From a virus (Duplodnaviria > Caudoviricetes): 54,197 nt of DNA. Every line of letters begins with the position of its first letter. The first letter of the stretch is position 1. This document shows positions 15,701 through 24,267 of this stretch, piece by piece. The notes beneath the pieces are model-generated. The model made no database searches. It was not told the DNA's origin and saw only the letters and a list, made by a program, of their open reading frames with translations. The position numbers were made by a program, and so were the translations under genes. The DNA lies in IMG/VR virus record IMGVR_UViG_3300010160_000057, positions 1-54,197 of that record. One strand, given 5' to 3'.

Positions 15701-18700
15701 CAACTAATAATTGTGTGTAATGTGGTAAATACCCATTATTTATATTGTCAATTACTTTTAATAAGTTTTTTAATTCAACATTAGTTAATTCATTAATAGC
15801 CTTTCCTTTGATTAATGAATTTAATTCTTTTGCTAAATCACGTTCATCTTTAGTTGAAAGCTCAGTTCCATCTACTTTTGATTTTTGTATGATTTTAGTT
15901 AGCTCATCTTTTTCTTCTTGAATTTCTTCTTCAGTTAGTTTACTTTTTTCTACTTGAGGAAGTATATCTTTCTTGTATTTTTTCATTAGTTCAAGACCAT
16001 CACTATCTATCTCTCCTTCTTCAAGCATCTTATCTAATGTAGCCAAGTAGTCTAACTTTTCGTCTTTAAATACTTTATTGTCATAGTTATTAAATCTATC
16101 AGCTAATTCATCAACCAATGACCTTTCATTATTTATTTCATCAAGTATTTCTTGTACATCTTTTATTGTTTGAGATTTTTCTTCAAGAGTAAGCACAGCT
16201 TGTTTCTTTCCAAACATATCTACCAAGCTTAAATATTTACCTAAATAAGCCTCAGGTATCATTGTTGGATTAATTGAAAATAATCTTTGTAAAGGAAGTA
16301 TTAAACCATCTGCTATTCCTAACTTAGTAACAATGTTTTTCTTAGCTGTTTTTAAATTACTTTTAGCTGTATCAATTTTATCAGAGTAATCTGCATCATT
16401 AAAAACTTTTGTCATATAATCAACAAAGTTAGATACCGATGCATCATTAAGTACATTTACTTTACTAAATGCACGAAGTATGCTAGCAACTTGTTTTGCG
16501 TTAATAGTCCCTTTAGATGCAAGTTCTTTAATGTCTTTAGTCAATTGTTGACTTGCTAATTTAAAAGCCTTAACAGCTTCTCTAGCACCTTTAGCTGTAT
16601 CTTTAATTTGCTTTACAAGAGCTGATTTCTCAGTCATAGTTATTTTAGCAATGTCTTTCAACTTACCAAATAATCTATTCACTGATGGTGCTGATTTCTC
16701 TTTTAAACCAAACTCCTTACGGGTAGCTCTAACTAAATTCTCTTTCTGAATATCATCTGCCTCAGCATACTCTTTTGATTCTTTAAGAGTTTTTATTGCA
16801 TTGTCTGTTTCGATTCCTTTAGAAGTTTCATTAGCTCGTTGTAAACCTCTATTTGTTGTGGGGTTGGTTTCTCCATACTTTTGTTTTAAGTGATTCTTTA
16901 TTATTTTAACTTGTTCATCAGATAATACTTTTCCTGCTAACGCATCTAATGCAGCCATGGATTTAGCATCATTTCTTAATCCCATATATACCTCATAAGC
17001 TTTCTCAGGAGAGAATATTATTTTAGCGGCATTATTTAATTTTCTTATTTTTTCTTTTGACCTTTTATATTTTTCAGGATTTGATTCTCTATCTAATATA
17101 TACTCAATAGCATCATCAGGAGTTATCTCTGAACCAAATAGGTCTGATAATTCTGCAAGTCTTGTGTCTAAAGGTGTTGCTTTATCTGATAGATATTTTA
17201 TAGCAAACCCTTTATTTCCTTTTCTTTGATTAGGGTCTCCATAGCTATCAAAATCACTCGGTCTAATTCTACCTAAATTTTCGTGTAAAAACATTAATTT
17301 ATCTCCAAAACCCGGTGCTGATGTTTTATAAAGTTCTATCTCGGCATCTCTTTGTCTGTATGCCTCATCCATAGATTCTTTATCCAATTCAGATATTAAG
17401 CTTTCATCAATGTCTCCCTGCTTAACAGCTTCTTCATATCCTTTTAAATCTTCTTCAGACATTGGCTCAAAAGAATTGTCTTCTGTAAGAGATACCTCAG
17501 TAGGGGTAGTACTTGTTATTTCAATAGGATTTATTTCAGTGGGATTAGGAACTGTTATTACTTCATTAATAGGTACTTCCGAAATTACTTCTTCCGGTTT
17601 CTTAATAGCGATACTTTCTTCGGTAACTTCGACAGGTTGGACGTTTCCTTCGCCCATTCCTTGCAATTCCAATTCGGGTTGTTCTGTGCGTAGCACGCTT
17701 TCATTTGTTGTTGGCTCTTGAACGGCATTTTCTTTTGATTTTAAAATTGTTTCTTTTATCTTTTCATTTATTTCTGATATTCTTTGTTTTTCTAAAACAG
17801 ATAATGCATCATCTTTATCATTTATTTTTTCAGATAAATTTTCTCTTTCTTTTAATAAGTTGGCTATCTCTACTTTTGACTTTTCATCAACATCAACATC
17901 TCTTAATTGACCTGTTATTTGTTTTGTTTTATCAAAAACATATAGAGATTGTTTCGCTTGGTCTTTAGTTATATTTCCCTTTTTAACATCACTATCTAAG
18001 TCCTTAACTAACAAGTCTCTTGATTTTTCTAAAGAAGCTATGCTTAATTGTTTTTCATTTATTTCAGAATCTTTTGACACATCAAAAACTTTACTAAAAG
18101 TTTCGTCAGTTCCTTCTAATATTGTGTTGATTTTTTTCTTATCATCAACTTCAACTATTTTATTTTTTATTCTATCTTTAGCGTTCTTTAAAGATATTGG
18201 AGCTGTAAACATAACTCCACTACCACCACCTAATATAAAGGCATCTGCGGCACCATCAAAAGCAGGTTTACCACTAATCATATTTTGAGTTATTTGAGTA
18301 GCAGATTCCTCTATTCCTTCTCCCAACAAACCTACAGGTACACCATATTTCTCAAGAGCACCTTTATACATTTGCACAAGACCATCTTTAAAAACTTGCT
18401 TCCCTACTTCTGCTCCTTCTTTTCTTATTATGTCTCTATACACAGCACCTATTTGACCTTCTCCTATAGAACTAAATACACTTTCAGCGGCAGCCATTCC
18501 TAGTGCCTTTATGTTATTTTCTATATCTGAATTATTAGGGTTTTCTTCTTGAATCTGCTCTAAGTTTTGGTCATAGAAAGCAGCCGTTGATGCGGTAGCT
18601 AATTCAGCAGTACTTAATGTAGCACCACCCGCCATCATAGCTATACTTGTTGGTGCTGACCTTGCAATACCGGTGCCTAATAATTCAAAAGCATCTTGGT

Positions 18701-19352
18701 AATTACCATCTTTTACATTTTCATATATAGAGGATGTTTTATATCTATCTTGATTAAAATTAGATATTTCTTTCTCTAATTTTTTTCCTTCTTCCTTGTA
18801 GTAATCTAAAACAGGATTTTTAATACCTACTTTATTTTTAAATTTATCTGCATTTGTAGAAATATCTAATCCTGTAGCATAAGCTATTGCATTTTGAGGA
18901 ATGCTAAAAACATTATATATTGTTTCAGGTATAGATGTAATCATTTTGTTTACATCATTTATACCTGACATAATGCTTGTTCCTAAATTACTTAGATAAC
19001 TCTCTTCTTCTTTTTTAGGAGTTGTTTTTTTAGTAGGCTGTTGCGTAGCCAATGAACCATCTCCCAAAGGTAATGCCGTAGTACCTTGTTGAGGAGTTGG
19101 AGTATTTGATACCCCAATATCTTTTTTTTTTACAGGTACGACTTGAGATTGTGGTGCTTGAGTTGCATTACCACTATATTTTTGTAAGAAAGAGTCTTTG
19201 TCTTTTGTATAAAAACCATCACGACTCATTACATCATAAACCTTTGTTTGATATGATTGGTCTTGACTCCATTTAGACTGAAACTCTTCAAAAGATTTTG
19301 TGTATTTTCCTTCTCTTACTAATACGTCGTATAGTTTTTGTAACTCTTCCAT
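12771..19352 (-). CDS. large internal virion / DNA-ejection protein (2193 aa)
   Basis: Giant helical protein, last of three ejection-type genes in a podovirus-like order; hydrophobic Gly/Ala segments. Confidence 0.65.
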   Translation of the reverse strand: MEELQKLYDVLVREGKYTKSFEEFQSKWSQDQSYQTKVYDVMSRDGFYTKDKDSFLQKYSGNATQAPQSQVVPVKKKDIGVSNTPTPQQGTTALPLGDGSLATQQPTKKTTPKKEEESYLSNLGTSIMSGINDVNKMITSIPETIYNVFSIPQNAIAYATGLDISTNADKFKNKVGIKNPVLDYYKEEGKKLEKEISNFNQDRYKTSSIYENVKDGNYQDAFELLGTGIARSAPTSIAMMAGGATLSTAELATASTAAFYDQNLEQIQEENPNNSDIENNIKALGMAAAESVFSSIGEGQIGAVYRDIIRKEGAEVGKQVFKDGLVQMYKGALEKYGVPVGLLGEGIEESATQITQNMISGKPAFDGAADAFILGGGSGVMFTAPISLKNAKDRIKNKIVEVDDKKKINTILEGTDETFSKVFDVSKDSEINEKQLSIASLEKSRDLLVKDLDSDVKKGNITKDQAKQSLYVFDKTKQITGQLRDVDVDEKSKVEIANLLKERENLSEKINDKDDALSVLEKQRISEINEKIKETILKSKENAVQEPTTNESVLRTEQPELELQGMGEGNVQPVEVTEESIAIKKPEEVISEVPINEVITVPNPTEINPIEITSTTPTEVSLTEDNSFEPMSEEDLKGYEEAVKQGDIDESLISELDKESMDEAYRQRDAEIELYKTSAPGFGDKLMFLHENLGRIRPSDFDSYGDPNQRKGNKGFAIKYLSDKATPLDTRLAELSDLFGSEITPDDAIEYILDRESNPEKYKRSKEKIRKLNNAAKIIFSPEKAYEVYMGLRNDAKSMAALDALAGKVLSDEQVKIIKNHLKQKYGETNPTTNRGLQRANETSKGIETDNAIKTLKESKEYAEADDIQKENLVRATRKEFGLKEKSAPSVNRLFGKLKDIAKITMTEKSALVKQIKDTAKGAREAVKAFKLASQQLTKDIKELASKGTINAKQVASILRAFSKVNVLNDASVSNFVDYMTKVFNDADYSDKIDTAKSNLKTAKKNIVTKLGIADGLILPLQRLFSINPTMIPEAYLGKYLSLVDMFGKKQAVLTLEEKSQTIKDVQEILDEINNERSLVDELADRFNNYDNKVFKDEKLDYLATLDKMLEEGEIDSDGLELMKKYKKDILPQVEKSKLTEEEIQEEKDELTKIIQKSKVDGTELSTKDERDLAKELNSLIKGKAINELTNVELKNLLKVIDNINNGYLPHYTQLLVEKLNSINNAVTLETAVNKSKPLPLSKLYAKAKSILTKKDAMLEMIRRNPLFNIDQVLGDFKTKDIFNSLFNKAAEAEAKFTSELKNVQSLLEKAEEKVAKSFKLNANKTLMSKFKMMTYMIQLEHDSNPNNKQVNPAAEYLKATIKHIEAGKSQFGERDAEMLQEIYDKYTDSEGNIDNEKLFNSFNTAEKEAIKTVREVNESLKEKAEYTGAIIRGQKINPLNNYVHLNVLHEYKPNDLASGDSFANDYNNSMRPSTKAKSLIERTGKVSPLNFDIFTSAQRGAKFVLMDYHLTEPIRTARKTMNRTIANMEEKGKIPKEKRQIVNAINNAFEETIDNLITNNYVATSFFDDVADYVSKQGYRAVLAGTGRFASEFLSNVGFVLLSDPTAFTEGIKNTGLILSTDAPEVMKNVNSKEINRIFPTDTLSGRMIDSGILNQISGIKGGKSKNVVANKIQQIFNLSGKKYVNSVELLADIQIATPDKAIMRPIWFGSFAYNFKKLTGEDVDFKKIAANDEAYMDENKEAIEKAKTIADERSVITGASSNAFTGILKGTSKPNQSITTKIFNNMNSFMTKFMVYEFVTARTGIMAAMGNGSLTKRQGAALLGAAVTRMTVYSLLIKALGGGLIGLLFDEEDDEEEKAPEKAVGQALASTFSSMLLGRDFGNATKTAINYGVEQVNENYLDFLREGDYDPYKDALQYSVIAPEKKGTQTGVYDLFKNMTGSYGPAIKTADLVLKKAFEDEKQQAEAIERQEKEKNVRIPLEVLGNLGLVPLYKEIRKSVMKDIYKGLESASDIQQGKDYKKYYENKKKIDIIDEIVQKTTDQELINAAEKKVTEIKYSIDKDYAKYLKDLNTIENYKKDKLLVDPDTGKKYENVTDLEKYNPNLWNKNFGPNSEWYKEHKSEKELDKLINEELTKIKDEENNYSAAPKKSKSKRSKNSDGTYKKKYTRTVTDKEGNVINSYTRTSSLKEI

Positions 19353-19369
19353 GTATAAATTTTATTTTA

Positions 19370-21310
19370 TTAGTCTAATTCTCCTGCTCCTGCTTCTGCC
19401 GCAGTTCCGCCAACTCCAATTATATTTGCTTTAAGCAATTCTTCAGCATAAGCATCTTTATCTTTAACAGTTCCTATCTTCTTAGCAGTAGTATTAGCTT
19501 TCATCCATTTTTTTGCAGCAGCAAATGCATTTTTAGATTTTGTAACAGCATCTTTCTCTCCCGGCTTACCTATTTTAAACCAAGGTGATTTATCTCCATT
19601 TTTATTGGTTACTCTAATTTCATTATTCCAAGAAGCCAATGCTGATTCAATTTCAAATCCTGTACCTACTAATTGGTTATTCATATTCTCAGCAATTTTA
19701 GCATCATTAGGGAATTGAGTATATTTACCACTTGCATCTTTTGGTCCTAAGAATGTAGATTCAGGAACTACTTTATCAATATGACGTACAAATACTTGTA
19801 AAGGCTTCTCAGGTTCTTTTTTAACATCATATCCTTTCGCCTCAGTAGTTTCGTTTATTTTAGCCCCTTTAGGTAAGAATTGTTGTACATATTTCAATAC
19901 TTGGTCTTCATTCAAGTCAGGTAGATTTCCTTTCATAACACCTACAAAAGATTTAGAGAAACCTAATGGGTCAGCAAGTGTTTTACCGTCTGCTTTGAAT
20001 TTATAAGTTTGAACATTTCCACTTGCATCAGTAACAACATATCCTTCTTTTGTTTTATTGATAGGAGTTTTTGTTGTCGCTGTTAGATATTGAGTTCCTG
20101 CTCTTGATTTATTAGCATCTCCTGTTAATGAGAACACTAAATTCTGAGCTACGTTTTTGCTCAACTCTCTAATTCTTTCATCTTCTGCATTACCTTTTGC
20201 AACATACTCAGGAGCATATTGTGCCTGTAACTGACCTGTAGTAGATATTTTTCTTTCAGCATCCATTTTAGTTAAGATTTTGTTTTTAATAAAATCTTTT
20301 GCTTCATCGTATTGTGCCTTATAATTTTTACCCGTGTCATCCATAGTAGTCATTTGAGTTGTTGGGTCAATTGTTACTAAGATTTTTTTAGGGTCTTTAT
20401 CTGCCTCTTCTCTATCAAATGTAAATGACTTATCATTATACTTACCTGTATCATCAGTTAATATTGATGTTACATTTAATTTATTGCTTAAATAACCCTC
20501 AGCTCTATAATTAATAGCATCACTAAAGTTTTGAGCTATTTCTCTATCAATAGGGTCTTTTAAATTTTTTATAAATTCATATCCTGTATATTCAGTTATT
20601 GACCCTGCTCTTGTAGTTGATGCAGAACGATATGCAGCATCTTTTATTTCACCAAGGTTTTTTACAAAGTCAGTTGTTTGGGCATCAACATCAAAATACG
20701 CAGGTTTTTGCTTTATTTTACCGGTCCATACAGCTGTAGTTGCGGCTGTATTTTTATTTAAAACTCTAACTAATTTACCATCAATAACTTTATTTTCCAT
20801 TAAACCAACACTAACAGAGCCGTCTTCAGGATTGATAAAAGCTTTCGAGTTATTAAAATTGGCAGCACCCTCAACAGAGCTTTGATTAAAAATAGTTAAT
20901 CCACTTTGTAATGTTTTATCATTAATACCTTGCATTGTGGTTTCAAACTCTTGTTGGTATAATTTTTGTAAATTAAACAATCGTTTAGTTCCATCCATTT
21001 GGTTTTGCATTCTCAAAGTATATTCTTTTTCAGATATTAATCCTCTTTCAAATAGGTTTTTATCAGACATTTTTTGATTAATCATGTCTTGAGCATAATT
21101 ACTAATAAAGTCATTGGCATTTTGGTCTTTACCTTGAGGTGCATCCATTAAATTATTAATAGACTCACGTGAAGCTTGTTTGTAAGCCTCTTTCTTTTCT
21201 TCACGGGTATTGTACCAATTCTGAAGTTCGCCAACAGCTTGTTGACCTATTTCAGCGTAATTTATTTGTGAGTCAGCATCACGAGCTACATATTTATAGT
21301 ATTCTGCCAT
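19370..21310 (-). CDS. putative internal virion protein
   Basis: Position in the ejection-gene cluster; helical composition. Confidence 0.55.
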   Translation of the reverse strand: MAEYYKYVARDADSQINYAEIGQQAVGELQNWYNTREEKKEAYKQASRESINNLMDAPQGKDQNANDFISNYAQDMINQKMSDKNLFERGLISEKEYTLRMQNQMDGTKRLFNLQKLYQQEFETTMQGINDKTLQSGLTIFNQSSVEGAANFNNSKAFINPEDGSVSVGLMENKVIDGKLVRVLNKNTAATTAVWTGKIKQKPAYFDVDAQTTDFVKNLGEIKDAAYRSASTTRAGSITEYTGYEFIKNLKDPIDREIAQNFSDAINYRAEGYLSNKLNVTSILTDDTGKYNDKSFTFDREEADKDPKKILVTIDPTTQMTTMDDTGKNYKAQYDEAKDFIKNKILTKMDAERKISTTGQLQAQYAPEYVAKGNAEDERIRELSKNVAQNLVFSLTGDANKSRAGTQYLTATTKTPINKTKEGYVVTDASGNVQTYKFKADGKTLADPLGFSKSFVGVMKGNLPDLNEDQVLKYVQQFLPKGAKINETTEAKGYDVKKEPEKPLQVFVRHIDKVVPESTFLGPKDASGKYTQFPNDAKIAENMNNQLVGTGFEIESALASWNNEIRVTNKNGDKSPWFKIGKPGEKDAVTKSKNAFAAAKKWMKANTTAKKIGTVKDKDAYAEELLKANIIGVGGTAAEAGAGELD

Positions 21311-21327
21311 AATTTATTTTATTATTA

Positions 21328-22116
21328 TTAAAAACCACCTACACCACTAAAATCATACGTTTTTTTACCATATAATGGTTCAGGTTTAGTGTATCCAAAT
21401 GGAGTTTGATTTTGATTTTGATAAGGATTAGATTGAGCAGGTGTTGCGTAATTAGCCATAGGAGCGTAGTTTGTTCCTCCCGGACCATAAGAAGTAGCAG
21501 TACCCGATAAAGGGTTTGTAGGTGCAGGTCCTGCAACAGGCGATGCTCCCGGAGCTTTATTTGATTTAGGATATAAGTTTATCATATTTAAAGCTTGTGT
21601 TCCTAATCCAATAGCACCTTGGATACCTTGTTCTTGATACGCAGTAGCTGCTTCTTCAGCATTTGCTGCTGCCATTTGAGCTCCCTCAACTTGCCCCAAA
21701 TCTAACTGAGCACCTAAATCTCTTAAACGGCTAGCTTCTGCTAATTGTTTATTTTCAATGTCAGTCATCTCTTTACCCATTTCAGTTCTTATACCTGCTT
21801 GAGCTTCATTCTGAGCCATTTGAACTTTACCTGCTGTAGCAGCTGCTCCTCTATCTGACTCTTGACCTGCTTGAATAGCTTGTGCACCCTGAGAAAGCAT
21901 AGCCTCTCTTTGGAGCTCATAAGGTTCTTTTTTTACAGCCTGTTGGTCATAAAAATTAATTTCAAGTTTCTTACGTGCCTCTGCCATTGCTTGCGCTGCT
22001 TTAGCTTCTGCTTGTTGTTGTTTTGCGCGCTGTTCTCCGGCTTGAGTAAAAGACATTACCGTTGAAACTCCTTGAAGGGCTAATCCTCCAATTGCTACTG
22101 CTGATGCTGCTGCCAT
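21328..22116 (-). CDS. putative internal virion (pilot-like) protein
   Basis: Ala/Gly/Gln-rich with a hydrophobic N-terminus; follows the acetyltransferase-like gene as T7 gp14 follows gp13. Confidence 0.55.
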   Translation of the reverse strand: MAAASAVAIGGLALQGVSTVMSFTQAGEQRAKQQQAEAKAAQAMAEARKKLEINFYDQQAVKKEPYELQREAMLSQGAQAIQAGQESDRGAAATAGKVQMAQNEAQAGIRTEMGKEMTDIENKQLAEASRLRDLGAQLDLGQVEGAQMAAANAEEAATAYQEQGIQGAIGLGTQALNMINLYPKSNKAPGASPVAGPAPTNPLSGTATSYGPGGTNYAPMANYATPAQSNPYQNQNQTPFGYTKPEPLYGKKTYDFSGVGGF

Positions 22117-22117
22117 A

Positions 22118-22528
22118 TTATAATATTTTTATCATTTCACTTGTATATCCATCTCCTTTAGACCAACCAAGGTCTATATAGGTTTTGATTAAACTTTGGT
22201 TTTTAATTAAAGCATAACCATATTTGCTTCCTGCTTGTTTACAAACATTTGCAAGAGACTCTATTAATAATTTTATTGCCCCTCTTCTTTTATCTTTTAT
22301 TCTATATTCTTTGTTAGAAACAATCCAATCTACCCAAGCCACTTTTGAGTTTGTCATGTATATGAAGCCTGCACAAATTGGCGTATCTCCATCGTAAACT
22401 ATCATTCCTCCTTTACCATCATCAGGTAAAAAATCTTTTGCAGGAGCCTCCCAATTCCATTGTTTCCACCACTCTACAAGAGTTTCTTGGTAATCATTTT
22501 CATTTAGAGGTCTAATATTTAACTCCAT
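22118..22528 (-). CDS. GNAT-fold acetyltransferase-like protein
   Basis: IRPL, AWVDWIVSNKEYR, Y..LGW; located between tail and ejection genes. Confidence 0.6.
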   Translation of the reverse strand: MELNIRPLNENDYQETLVEWWKQWNWEAPAKDFLPDDGKGGMIVYDGDTPICAGFIYMTNSKVAWVDWIVSNKEYRIKDKRRGAIKLLIESLANVCKQAGSKYGYALIKNQSLIKTYIDLGWSKGDGYTSEMIKIL

Positions 22529-22535
22529 ATTGATA

Positions 22536-22543
22536 CAAAGATA
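22536..22543 (-). promoter_or_regulatory. -7 promoter element TATCTTTG
   Basis: CAAAGATA on + strand, just upstream of the ATG at 22528. Confidence 0.6.
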
Positions 22544-22549
22544 TTAAAA

Positions 22550-23329
22550 TTAAGGGAAACTTTTCATAACATTTGCTTCCGCTGCAAATAATTCTATTTT
22601 ACTGCTAGAATCATTTGTGAGTGTAAAGGTACAATAATGTCCTAAAACTCCATGCGATTCTGCTACAGAATTTTTAATATATAAGAAATAAGGATTTTGA
22701 GTAGTAATAGGAACTGTTGTAGCTCCCGGTACTACGGTAGTAATTGTTAATTGGTTTAGATTGTTTGGATAGTCAACACTAATAGCCGTTACCTTTCCTG
22801 CAAGTAATGGTGTATTAGATGGTGGGTCAAAGAAATACAATAAATCTCCAATACTAATAATACCACCTAATGATATTAATGGATTAATTGAGAACTTAAT
22901 AGTAGTACCACCTGTAACTTGAAAGCTTCTACCAATACCATTTAAACTTCTTAAAGCCAATTCACCTATTGCGTTGTTTCTAATAAATGCAAAATAAGAT
23001 TGTTCTTTTTTCTCAAACCAACTTTGTTCAATAAATCCTGAAACCTGTATGTCAGTTTCAAGTGCAACAGCCCATGGAGCATCACCTTCTAAGTTAATGG
23101 TTTTAAATAACTTATTCTCAAGAGCAGCATTATTAAACACACTCTGAATAGAACTTTGTGTAAATATACCATAGAACGTATTTCTATTGTCATTCACATT
23201 GTGTTTATAAATATTTCCACCTTTAAAGGTGTAAAAATAATTGTTCATTCCAATCATCCAATCAGGATAATAAGAATAAAAAGAAACCCAACCGGCTACT
23301 CCTTCGCTGTATGATAAGGTATAATTCAT
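22550..23329 (-). CDS. tail tube/nozzle protein C-terminal-like subunit
   Basis: TLSYSE...GWVSFYSY, KLFKTINLEG, FEKKE; start moved to the coupled ATG at 23329. Confidence 0.6.
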   Translation of the reverse strand: MNYTLSYSEGVAGWVSFYSYYPDWMIGMNNYFYTFKGGNIYKHNVNDNRNTFYGIFTQSSIQSVFNNAALENKLFKTINLEGDAPWAVALETDIQVSGFIEQSWFEKKEQSYFAFIRNNAIGELALRSLNGIGRSFQVTGGTTIKFSINPLISLGGIISIGDLLYFFDPPSNTPLLAGKVTAISVDYPNNLNQLTITTVVPGATTVPITTQNPYFLYIKNSVAESHGVLGHYCTFTLTNDSSSKIELFAAEANVMKSFP

Positions 23330-24252
23330 GGTGTACAACTTACATTTGATGTTACTATTCCGTCTGTGACTCCTAAAACTCTAGTACCGTATAAATAGAA
23401 ACCATCTGCTAATGGGTATTGACCATTTTCGTCTGAAAAAACATAATCAGTTACATCTATATCGCTTGATGCATTTACATCTTTCCAATAATATACTTCC
23501 TCTGTAGCTGTAGAGCAAGTTATTTCAGTATCATCATCATATTTAATAGAACCATTAAAACTTGGTAATGGTTCAGGACAAGAAATTCCAATAAAATTCC
23601 CTGATAAAGTACAAGGTCCTATAGATTCAATATTTAAAATATTAGGAGCTGATGAAGGTTTTGGTATAACCATTATACAAAATCCTTGATTAAAAGTGTC
23701 TAAGGAAATATCTCCCGGACCAATAGTTATAGATTGAGTATTCCCCGTAGGTATATAATTATATGTTCCCGTATCGTAACTATATTCATTTAAAGATATA
23801 GTGCCTCCTGATGGATACCAAGACACATCACAGGTTCCTGTTTGAGTTGAGTCTCCCATAATTGTAAAGTTACCATAACTTGAACTCTGATGCAATCCAT
23901 TTACAGGTGAACTTAGTTTATTGTAAACAACTCCGTCATAAACAACTCTAATTCCACTTGGAACATCAGGAGCTTGAAAAGTAATTATAATAGCACCCGT
24001 AGTAGAACCTACATTTACACTTGCCAAGAAAATTCCTTCACCTCCTGCGCTTGGTTCTTGATCTCCACACACTAATGTGCAGTCAACACAAGTTTCAATT
24101 TCTAATAATATACCGCTTGATTGTTGTCTTACAACACTTCCAAACTTATACACTCCGTCAGGAGCTATAAAAGCTAAATTTACGTCTAAATATACAGACG
24201 TAGCCACATCAAATGTAGCTGCATCTATATAGTATGTTGAATTTATTGCCAT
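23326..24252 (-). CDS. tail-associated Cys-containing beta-rich protein
   Basis: Shares the YY.D...ATSV..D....A.DG.Y module with the C-terminus of the upstream gene. Confidence 0.6.
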   Translation of the reverse strand: MAINSTYYIDAATFDVATSVYLDVNLAFIAPDGVYKFGSVVRQQSSGILLEIETCVDCTLVCGDQEPSAGGEGIFLASVNVGSTTGAIIITFQAPDVPSGIRVVYDGVVYNKLSSPVNGLHQSSSYGNFTIMGDSTQTGTCDVSWYPSGGTISLNEYSYDTGTYNYIPTGNTQSITIGPGDISLDTFNQGFCIMVIPKPSSAPNILNIESIGPCTLSGNFIGISCPEPLPSFNGSIKYDDDTEITCSTATEEVYYWKDVNASSDIDVTDYVFSDENGQYPLADGFYLYGTRVLGVTDGIVTSNVSCTP

Positions 24253-24267
24253 ATTTTTTTAATTAAA